The position numbers and the translations under genes were made by a program. Shown piece by piece: positions 1 through 10,574 of a DNA stretch of 64,000 nt (its first letter is position 1; each line of letters begins with the position of its first letter). Origin of the DNA: Sphagnum compactum (lineage: Eukaryota); NCBI GenBank assembly GCA_965153455.1, contig OZ234493.1, positions 6,200,001 to 6,264,000 on the forward strand, read 5' to 3'. The notes under the pieces were generated by a model. It saw only the letters and a program-made list of their open reading frames with translations, had not been told where the DNA came from and did not search any database.

Positions 1-1171
1 TATGCTGGTACCAACCATGTAGAAGGTGCAATCTTTCCCCTGAATGAGAACACAGGAAGATTGGTTGAGGTAGCATCACTCCCTTCCATACTGCATTTTT
101 CGGACAGCACTCTGCAATATTTCCAAGTGTATATGGAGGGCACCTTATATCCATGAATATATTTCCTAGGAAAGAGGATATCAAACCTACTCATTGAGAC
201 TCAGAGAGACCTTACACCTATAAGAAGGCATAAAATCCCTCCCTCTCAAGGAGCAGAATAAGAAACCTTCCACTCCTAGGTATGCATCGTGATTTATGTA
301 GGTTTAGTGTAGCCTAATGCCTGCCAGGTTTATGAAAAGCCATGCACAAAGGTTATTCCATTTATGACAGATAACCTTTGTGTTATGCTTTATGATCAGT
401 AAAGCCTACAGATTGGGGACATCCTAAAAATGCAAAGCCAGATTCAGCCTACTCATCCTAGGCCCCTTGGGAATGCCTCCACCCCACGGCTTTACCCTAC
501 ACAGAAATCCCTGAAGAACAGGATTCAGCAGCTGCAGAGGAGAAACCTGCAATGAGCCTAAAGCTGGAGCAATTGAGAGGATTTATCAGTTGCAAATCAG
601 GACCTAATTAAACATTGATATCTGGGACAAGTCTTAAGTTGACATTAAAACAATATCTAGTGCTGTTTTATACAAAAAAAAGTTGGTGCATCTCCTTTTA
701 TTGGAGCAATCTTGTTGAACTAGTTCCAGCAATTGAGCATGAAATCTTAACAACAATGCTTCCTGGTCATACATTTCTCTTTCAGATCTTTGTTTGCATG
801 AGAACACACAGCCCAGCTCAGTTAATTCAGAATTTTAAATCATGTGCTAAAGGAAAATGCTATCCTGTTCATCCAGACTTGAATATACAGAAGTAATCAT
901 ACTTTTGATCAGGACTGGAAAATCAAGAGTGGCAGCCAAAGATCAGATAAACTTTGGAGCCAATCTAAGAGCTATATAATCTTCATCAGCCTGGACAGAG
1001 GAGTGATTAGCTTGCAGGGTAGTGATGCAAGATATTACATCAAGGGGAGAGCAGTGTCCCAGTATGATGCCTAACCCACATCTGGAAAAAAATCATCTGA
1101 GCCCCTTCAGCCTTGACTTAAAACAATAGATGTGTGTACATTCAACACACAGAGGCAGAGAAATTGATTGA

Positions 1172-4100
1172 TCAACATAGCTCATTGGCATTGAATTTTG
1201 CAAAAGAGTCTTTGAGAAGATCAAATACCTTTTCAGCAATGTACTTCTGCTGCACTGTTGCTCCCTTTTGCTGGACCTTGTCTGGGTGCACACACAGGAT
1301 TGCACTTTTATAAGCCTTTTTCACTAAAGGTGCAGTGATGAGATCTGTCAATAACACCGGTTTCCAGTTACATTCAGGCCACAGTATCAAATGCAATGAT
1401 GAGAGCAAGGCGCGCAGGTTCCCTTCTTTACCCATGGACCAACGCCGTATCTCTGCGTCCAAGTTTCCAGCCAACCTGTGTCTTTCCTCTTGCTCCATCT
1501 GGAGTGCCATGTCACGTTGATTCTTTTGTTCCAAAGCTTTGGCAGCACGCTCCTCTATACGTTGATGCTTTTCAAGTCGTATTCTTCTCCTCTCAGCGGG
1601 CTCCCCTTCTGTTTCTCGGAACTCGTCCCCAAAGGCTGTAGGTTGAGTAAAGAATGATGTCCAATCATCAACCACCTTCTGTGCCCCTGAGGAATGTCTC
1701 TGCAACGGAACCCCTGATACATTTTTCACAAAGTTCCCGGAGGAAGGCCTTAACAGGCCAGATGACGGTGGATTGACTGATGGGCGTTGCCTTGGTTCAC
1801 TAGTTGCTCGAAAATTTGCAGACTCTTTGCGCAGTTGCTCTGCTGCCCCTCTCTCCCTTGCTCTTATACTGTCCCTTTCCCTATCTCTTTCACGCTCCCT
1901 CTCTCTTTCTTTCTCTTTCTCCCTCTCCCTTCTCTCTCTCTCCCTTTCCCTCTCAGTCCGCTGTCTCTCTCGTTCCCTCTCCTTTCTCTGTCTTTCTCTC
2001 TCCCTTTCCTTTTCTGTCTCATGTCTCTCTCTTTCCCTTTCCCTTTCCCTTTCCTTGGCTCGCTCTTGTTCTCTGGCTGCAGCAGCTCTCTGAAGAGCTG
2101 CTCTCTCAGCCCTCTCCCGAGCTTCAGTAACAGCCCTCTCAACTGCGGCTTTCTCAGATCTTTCCTTTGCTTCTGCCATTACTCTCTCAGAAGCTTTTTT
2201 GGCTCTCTGTGCAATCCTCTCAGTTTCCCTCTCCCTTGCCTTCTCTTGCTTAGCCACCCTCTCTTCAATTGCTCTTTGAACCTCAACCCCTTGTGTGGAC
2301 TTCTCTTGTACAGTCCTCACCTTCTCTTGTGCAGTGATTTCTTGTACGTGATCCCTGACTTGTGAATCCCTCTTCTCACCCCCAACCTCTGGCTCTATCA
2401 AGAAGGTTGGATCTCTTGATCTAACTCTGTGTCTTGTGCCCCCCTCTCTGCCCTTCACCCACTCTTCCTCTCTTGCATGATCTTTCTTCCCTTCTCCCCT
2501 CCTGCCTTGCCTAGAAGATTTCACCACCTCTCCTAGATCTTCAATGATGATATCTGGCAGGACAACAGGAATTGGCTGTCCCTTCTCAGTAGGAGGATGT
2601 GGGGGATCTCGTGATGGAGGTCGAGAAGCAGATGGCTTTGTCACAAGCTTTACATCATTGATAGTCAACCAAATTTCTCCTGTTGAATTCTTGATCTTTG
2701 CAGCTGCATGGTAGTTACTGCTCTGGTGCATACCAGCATCACTTGCTGGTGATTTCACCTCAAAGACAGCAACTGGCTCATCAAATGTTTGGAAGTCATG
2801 TGAAGACTGCTCTTCTTGTTTTCCTTTCAAAGGCTGTGTGGAGTACATTGGGGACAAAACAGGGCTGTCCATATGAACTGAACCAAAAGGGCTGTTAGAA
2901 AAACTTTTTCGAACAGCTCTGCCATCACCATTATGTACACCTCCAGAGGAGATACTGCCACCAGAATCAACTGCAGTCTTGCTTGGACTGGAAGGCTCCT
3001 TTGCCTTTGCAGTAGCTACAGGAACTGGCTTCAGATACCCATCCAATGGACCATGCACCCCACCATCTGTATTAGAGTTGACCCTGGAGAGACTTTTGGG
3101 TCCTGAGCTTCCAGCACTTGAAGGATCTAACGGTTCAGGGAATGCAGATGCTTCAGATGCTGGCAGTGTAGAGCCAGAGCTGGAATTGATTCCTGCAGAC
3201 ATGTCTGCTTCTGCTGGAGATGAGAGAAGATCATCAATAGATGATGAATTTGGAGCCACAGTGCTCTCAGTAGACTCAGTTGCCTGTATTGGCTCTCCCA
3301 TCTGAAACCCTGGGAGAACATCACTCTCCTTAGATTCTGACTGAGAGGGATGCATTGGAGAAGGCTTAACTGCTGATAAAGGCCTGAGGATCTCTGGCTT
3401 CCCAAATTCTCCTGAGAGATCCCCATCAACAGAGCTATGCATAGGACCATCTGATTTCGACAATCGAATTCCCCTCAATAAGTCACCCTCAAAGGAACCA
3501 TGAAATGCTCCTGCCTGCATACCAGGCTTGGAGACTCCAAATCGCCTCAGAAGCTCATCCTCCCCTGAGTTTTTGACCAAACCCGACTGTGACCGTTTTT
3601 CAGATTGATCTTTCAATTTTGCTAAGTAGACATCATTGGATACTGCCCATGCCATGGGCCGCGTCTTTGTTGGTCCAGATCCACCTAATAAATCCTCATT
3701 GAAGGAGCCCTGGCTCATCCATGTCCTTAGTTTTGATGATGAACCATTGAAGCCTCCCAATAGATTATCAAAACTTGAACTTGTTAAGCTAGACCCTGAT
3801 GACGGCTCACCATATACATCATCATAGCCAGTTCTGCCACCACAAAAATCCACAGTTGTCACTAAGCAATCATAACCCTACACTGGGGAAGTCAGGTTCA
3901 AGCATTCAGATTAGGAGCTCATCTCAGGACCTATAATTGCAGAGTAATCTTTTTTGTATGGTAGGAAAGCCAGATGTCACCCATGGTGAAACCGCTCCAT
4001 CAGACTTCACTGGGTCAACAAGACAACAAATCCACCTTCAACATCTTAAGTAAAAGGGTTGATCATTCTTGTTGGTGGAGACAGCATAGTTCTTCTTGCT

Positions 4101-4903
4101 AGGGGTAGGTAACTTTCTACAACTTCAGAACAACAGTAGCACAATAATGTAAGTACTCATGATAGGTTCTAAAACAGTATGAGTCAGTTCGGGTCAAGTT
4201 CACATAATCTATCACATCCAACCAAACACTCTAGTTGCAGAAGGCTACAACAAGAAGAGACCTGTTTCTAGGGAGAGAAGTTCATCTTGTTAGACAACAT
4301 CATCCCAGCCAAGAAGAAGCCACACAGCCGAGCCTCATCTCAACACAGAAGATCCTACATTGATCGGAGAAATCAGCCTACATGAGTGACAGCGCATCTC
4401 TCGACAGGGCAACATCATCGCCAAGCGGTGATGTTAGTTCGATACCGGTAGAGCTTGAGGGACATTCCGGACAGAGTAAAAGAGTGAGAAACTGAGCTGC
4501 GCTAGGTTGAGGGCGAGGGCGAGGGCGAGAGAACTTACTTGGTAGCGCCCTGGTAGACTTTGTCAGATGAGGCCCTAAAGAAGACAGAAGGGTCTGCGCT
4601 GCTGCGACTGGCAGGTTTAGAGAAGCCATTAGATTGCCTGAAAAACAGGTTATCCTCCTCCTCCTGCCTTCCCTCAGCAGCAGGAGGCGCTGCTGCTGAA
4701 GGAGCCCGAGTGGAACGATTAGATCCATTTCCACCTCTCCAGCTCTTTCTTTCGTCGAATGATGAGACTGCAGGTCGATGGCTCCCGGTTGCTGCTGTGC
4801 CTCCTGTCGTCGTCGTCGTCGTCCCCAGTAGAGTCATCGGCGCTGCTTTTCCTTGCGGTTTTAATCCATAGTCTCTCTGCAGTATGTTGGCGAAATCCTC
4901 CAT
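1172..4903 (-). CDS. Auxilin-like (auxilin-related) J-domain protein, clathrin-uncoating co-chaperone family, about 1032 aa
   Basis: The N-terminus [23 protein letters not shown] resembles plant auxilin-related proteins. The C-terminus has [16 protein letters not shown]...[34 protein letters not shown] with an intact HPD motif, preceded by an E/R/K-rich coiled coil. Phase-consistent model: exons 4903-4539 (AA|gtaagt), 4453-4382 (tcaag|C ... AT|gtaggc) and 3833-1172 (ggcag|A), total 3099 nt. The middle 72-nt exon is less certain. Confidence 0.92.
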
Positions 4904-6242
4904 CACAAAGAAACTGTTCTCAAAACCCCCAAGCCCTCCTCTCCACTAACGTTCGTCGTTGCCCCCAACAGACCTGATCTCTCAAGAGGAAGCAACAGCA
5001 ACAAACAAACTGACCTACTACTACAATACAATAATGAAGGCCTAGAGTATGCTCATTCTAACTCTTTTCTAGATCCGATCAAGTAACCAAATCAACCTCC
5101 AATCTCAAGAAAAGCTTCGGACACGGCCTCGCTTCCTGGTTACAGCTCCCTATTACTGCAGCTGCTGCATTCCAGATCTGCCTCGAGATGCGGCGCTGCT
5201 CCTCCTCCTGTAGTCTTCCTCATTCGCCCAGCTTCATTCCTTAGCTGTATAGAAACGCATCCTCCACAGAACAGCACAGCAGCCGCATCCCATTCTCCTA
5301 TCCCCACATCCTCAAGCCTCATGGGCTTCTCAACAACCTTTGAGTGAGAGGGAACCAGATCTCTCTCTTTTTACGCAAGAACCAAAATAATGTAAAAAGG
5401 CGGGACTATAGAATGGGAGGGTGGGGGCACATGGCGGAGAGCTTGAAAGTCCTGTTTTGCAATCAGGATTTGGATCTGGAGTTCTGCAACGCAAAAGTTT
5501 TGAGCTTGGGCAGCAGCAGCAGCAGTACAACAGCAGCAAGAGCGAGCGAACGAGAGCTTCCACGAGAGGGATTCAAAAGAGGCCACAAACGAAGGACCTG
5601 GTCTTACGGGAACGCCATATAAAAAAAACCGGGAACCGTTCTGAATGCTTGCACCTCAGGTTCCCTGAGAGATGAGGGAACTTCTTGGGAACTGCGAATA
5701 GACCCCACGTTGGGACCGATCCTCCCTCCTGCTCGGAAAGAATATCCACAGAAACTTGGTGCGTTATGTACATCCGAACGTTGTTCCCTGGGATTCCTGG
5801 TTCCCCGGCGATGGGCCGGGTGACCCGTTCCGTCTTAGTTAAGACTCTTGTAGGCTTATCCCCTATTACCGCGCACTCATGCTCCAAAAACCCCTATCAC
5901 CGTCCGATCTTTTCCACCCCAATTTCTTTCACCTTATTCCAAAGTTATTGGCATTTTTGCATTAGAGAATCTGCCAGAATCTGTCACTCGCTGTCCGTTC
6001 CATTGAGTAAAAGGACAAAGAGAGCATGACGGGAGTGGGACAAGAATGGCAGAATCGGCAGCCCGAATTTGCCCAGCTGCTGATTCTGCACTCTAGGAAG
6101 GCTGTCAAGTGGCAGAAATGACCATTGAGGCCCTTTAATACACACCATAAAACGGCTACTGCATGCTAGAGGCTTGTCTGCTAGGTCTGACTGCATGCCA
6201 GTATCCCCTGTTCACAAACCTTCAAATGCTGAACAGAAAACA

Positions 6243-6435
6243 TTAATGTCAGGGTCAGCACATTGTTTCATTCTCTGGTCCACATTGTATGATATAATCT
6301 TCCATCAATGATAAACAAAACACTTGTAATAATGACCAAAATGTCTGTTGAACATGAATTTTCTTTCAAAATCCTTGAATCTGCTAGCCCAGACCTTAAT
6401 GTCATGGAATGGTCTTCACCTAGCCCATTATGTGG
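6243..6435. repeat. Diverged copy of the dispersed repeat also present at 40298-40725
   Basis: Shares acacttgtaatartgaccaaaatgt and cagaccttaatgtcatggaatggtctt with 40367-40465 and 40584-40681. Confidence 0.75.
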
Positions 6436-6599
6436 ATGCATTGCTTAGCTCCCCTAATGGACTTGCCTTGCAAACCCATCCCCCACCCTTACCCTGCTTT
6501 TGCTGTCACCAGAAACATCGGTCTGAGTTAAGTATCTCCTCACATAGATCCCGTGGTGTGTCAGACCTTTCAGAAGGTAAGAATCAGGCATTTGCAACA

Positions 6600-6823
6600 C
6601 CTCTCAAAAGTAGTCAATTCTCTTCTATAGTTCTACAGGCTACTAACACCAGATATTTCTCAACTCTCTTCCCAGAAGTGTGCTGATTTTAGTGGAACAA
6701 GGATTAGCAACCTCTCAAAAGTAGTCAATTCTCTTCTATAGTTCTACAGGCTACTACCACTGGATGTTTCTCAACTCTCTTCCCAGAAGTGTGCTGATTT
6801 TAGTGGAACAAGGATTAGCAACC
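6600..6823. repeat. Tandem duplication, 2 x 111 bp
   Basis: cctctcaaaagtagtcaattctc...ggaacaaggattagcaa starts at both 6600 and 6711 with only a few substitutions. It lies just 3' of the DSK2 pseudogene stop. Confidence 0.95.
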
Positions 6824-6917
6824 AGTGGAACAATCCCTCCAAAAATACCTTCCAGCATACTCCAGACCTTCAGGTCATTTCAATGGCTCAACGAAAATCC
6901 TTTCCATAATCATGATT

Positions 6918-9900
6918 CTAACTGAGATTTCCAAGCAGCCACTCCACAGCTGTCGTCACATTTCTACAAAGAGCAATCAGGGCACGAACATTTTCCTGTG
7001 CACCTAAAAACCCCATTTCTTGGAGCTGAGAGAGTTGTGATGCATAAAGTTGCTCTGGCAGAACTGTATTCACTGCATCCAACACATCATCTGAGATTAT
7101 GAAGTCTTGTGCGCAATTTTTGTTCATTCAAAATCTGCAAACTTTGTAACAGAATGTATGATAAACTACACCATCTTGAGAACCACTTATCCAGACCTAG
7201 AGGATGGGGTAAATACTGAAAACTTAGGCAGGAGTGGAAACAATAGATGATCAAAGAGTCAACATGCAACACATGAGTCAACTGTAAATACACTGCATTA
7301 ACCCATTAAGGAAAGTAAGAAAAACAGGCACGTGCAAGAAATACATTGGCTTGGTTCTGTTACAGACGATTTGGTGTACTTACCATCAGGAGTGCTTCCA
7401 ATGATGCTGCTGAGGCCTCCAAACATACCTAGCTGCAAGTTTAAATCCAAATTAGGATCAACACTCATCCTACCACCTGTCTGTCCTGAGACTCTGCAAC
7501 AAAAAGAGAGACAAGTGGCAGAGAGCCTCAATGACAAGAATCTCAAGCAAAACCCTGGAAGTTATGCACTACAGAACAACATACCAGAGGTGAGCCAAAG
7601 TTGTTGTGATGATCTGTACATCTACAAAAATGAAACTGCATTGGCTGGCAAGGCACTTCAGATATGAGAAACTTAAGGAAGGAATGAAGGAAAAAGTCAT
7701 ACTTTCTAGGGGGAAAATTATCTTTCAACCCTATCCGGGAAATGCTGCAGAAGAATCAAGACCTGATCAACTCAGAAATGTTAGACAAATTCCATAATAT
7801 TGCACTTCATAAGTTGGTAACTCTCCTTACTGCTGTATGAGGAAGACAATTCCTCCATCATAAGATGAAACAACATAGCTTACAATGAACAGAAGTTCGT
7901 AACTTATCGACTATGAGCAAGAGCAAGAGGAGACTTACATACAAAGACAACAGGGAGGCACTGAATGTTTGCCAAACATTGCCAAATTTGTTTTTGCAAC
8001 AAGTTCTATTATTTTCACAAAGTGCAGAACCATTTGTGGATTGGATCTAGGAATCAAAGAGTGTCCAACACTTACTGTCCAGTTTGTTGTCGACCCTGAT
8101 GGTGGCCTGACATAACTTGCTGGAGCTGCAGCGGTTCCTGATTTTCATGTACTGGATCCTAAGCTTCGGCATTGCATTGGCTCAGAGCAACACCGCTACA
8201 ATTCTTGAAAACAAATTGTTGAGAATTTTAGGGCAAGTCCTCTATATGTGCAGCCAGATCAGCACTCTTATCTTACAAGCTTAATTTGAAGTGATTAGAA
8301 ATACATTTGTTGCATTAGACAGAGTTGACACTATTTGTGGGAGTATAACTGCTTACACTCTTCCAGAATTCATCAAATTGAGTACAGCAGAGCCTGATCA
8401 ATGCCACCCAGGTTGCAGAACACTCTAACCTACATTCCCTACCATCAGTATGAGAAGGATATATTCACCATAGTGTCATACAGAACTATACCTGCAAACT
8501 TTCAGGACTGCTGATTTGACAAAGGAAGTTGGGGCTCTGCATCATTTCCTGCAAATGGGGGTTCTGATTCAATAGTGACTGTAAGTCTGGTTGCATGTTC
8601 ATTATCTGAACAAACAGACAAATGCTTTGTGAATTGTCATTGTTGTGTGACAAGACCTCAAAACTCAACATTCTTATCCGCTGCAATATCCTCAATTCAT
8701 CAACACTCATGACCAATGTGTCCATATCCTAACATGCTGACAAGGGGAAGCACTATAGATGAAGCAAGCTGACTAGAACATGACTTGTTGCTTTCTGGTG
8801 GGAGCTAGTAGCATAACTTTCAGACAACACAACTCTAAGGTATGCTGTGTGCCTAGTCATTGATGCCTACCCTTTGAGCATTGCAAACTACCACTTGAAG
8901 CACCCCCTGTTCTGATTACAACCACAGATCGGGAGAAGCAAACAAACTCAAGCAAGGTTCAAGACATACCTGACTCATGAACTGAGGGTTGGACAGCAAG
9001 CCTTGCATCATCTGCTGGATGTGGGGTTCTGCAGCATCTGCTGCACTGTGTTAGGATCCAGCATCCCTCCAGCAGTATCCAATGAACCAAGATCTGCCAA
9101 GCCATGATCTGCCAGTCCTCCCAAGTTAGGAAGTCCCACACCTGCAACTGTTGTTGGTACAATTCCAGCTGGTGTCTGACTGATTGGCCCTCCATGTGCA
9201 CTAGTTGCTAGCACCACAACCATACAAAATGATAATCAGTTACAGGTGAACATCAATATGAGAGGATCTAATGACAACATTTGATGATTTTCAGGCATCA
9301 AACCACTAATTTGAACCTGATCCATCCTCAACTTGTGTTGCAGAACACAGCACCAGAAGGCCCTCCATCTCAACATATTGAATGACAGTTGCATACCTAT
9401 TCACAACCACAAAATCAACCAGTGCTCCCACTAAAGATCATTTATGAAGGTGGTGACTGCTTTTATTGATGCTCATCACTACAAGGACAGACACCAGAGA
9501 GATGGGAATCTACAATGAGTCCATTGTACAAGCTGTTGTAGGGTGCAAAGTCCCAGCAACTAGAAATCCATAAACCCACCTTCTTCCTCACAACTCCTCT
9601 CAAGATTCTCGAGCAAAAAACCATATAACAAAAGGTGCAATAAGCACAACTCAATCTAAATACAGAATCTCAATGCAACAATAAATCACAACTACTGGTA
9701 TCGTCGACCACAAAGCTCCAAAGAAAGAGAGACAGAAAAGATAACACATTACTTACCTGAAGGGTTCCAAGGATTTGGAAGAGGTGTTGTGTTTGGAACA
9801 GTAAACCCAGTCCCTAATTGTGTTGCACCTGTGTTGATTGTGCTTTGAGTTTGGCTATGTTCTTGTGCAACCCCTTGTAGGCCCAAGACAGCCGCAAAAG

Positions 9901-10531
9901 GGTTAGTTCCCAAGTCATTTCCTCCCTCTCCCCCCATTGTTGCTGCATTCAACAAAGGCGCTTGAACTGTTCCATACATGCGCCTTAGCATGTTGAAACC
10001 CTCTGGTGATGCTTCAATTTTACTCATTGCACGATCAGTATTCCTCATCATTTCCCGCATTAATTCTGGGTTCCTGGTAGCATCCAATGTCTGTCGCAGT
10101 GTCCCAGGGTCATTGAGAATATGTGCGAGGTCAGGGTTGTGGTCAATAATATCCTGCATGTGTGGATTGCTCATGATTAAGGTACGCATAAGATCAGGAT
10201 TGTTCATCAAATTTTGCACTACTGGCATGCTCATCATTTCTCTCACCAGATTTGGATCCTGCAGTAACTGCTCTTGCGCCTGCTGGAAATTCGAGAATCC
10301 CATTCCAAAGCCAGCCCCAGTTCCACCACCTACACCAACTCCATCCAAATTTGGGAATCCAAAGCCCTGACTCCTGGGCCTGTGGTGGTCGCTAGTCTTG
10401 TAGAGTTGGGTGTGGAGCAGCTGCTGCAGTAACCTCTATTGGACTGGCAAGCACTGCTGTTGTACTGGAGGCAGGTGTGTTCGGTGCTGGAGCTCCTCGG
10501 ACCAGATGGACTCTGTGATCATTTTGCAGCC
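6918..10531 (-). pseudogene. DSK2: Ubiquilin / DSK2-like ubiquitin receptor pseudogene (5'-truncated, frameshifted, introns retained)
   Basis: Exons at about 10531-9757 (end of the UBL, GLQNDHRVHLVRG, then STI1 repeats [32 protein letters not shown]), 9207-8970, 8605-8492, 8137-8076, 7493-7384 and 7072-6918 ([20 protein letters not shown]...ENVRALIA...AVEWLLGN), with GT-AG boundaries. The frame breaks at about 10400 and at about 9022 (CCC AC ATC CAG CAG ATG ATG). The exon with the start codon and most of the UBL domain is absent. Confidence 0.85.
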
Positions 10532-10574
10532 CTGGTGCAAAGGGAAAAAAAAAGTCAGAATCTAGGGTCCATCC

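Noticed and set aside
1773..2365. Several overlapping 90-190 aa ORFs (SLSLSL..., PFPFP...) over the auxilin gene
   Set aside because: They are shadow frames of the purine-rich ERERER/KE coding repeat, which lacks stops in other frames.
3834..3862. GTG start of the 896-aa ORF
   Set aside because: This segment is intron sequence before the ggcag acceptor. The conserved N-terminus is in the exon starting at ATG 4903.
9749..10348. 199-aa ORF as an intact ubiquilin gene
   Set aside because: It starts at TTG mid-exon, lacks the UBL N-terminus, and the locus has frame breaks at about 10400 and 9022.
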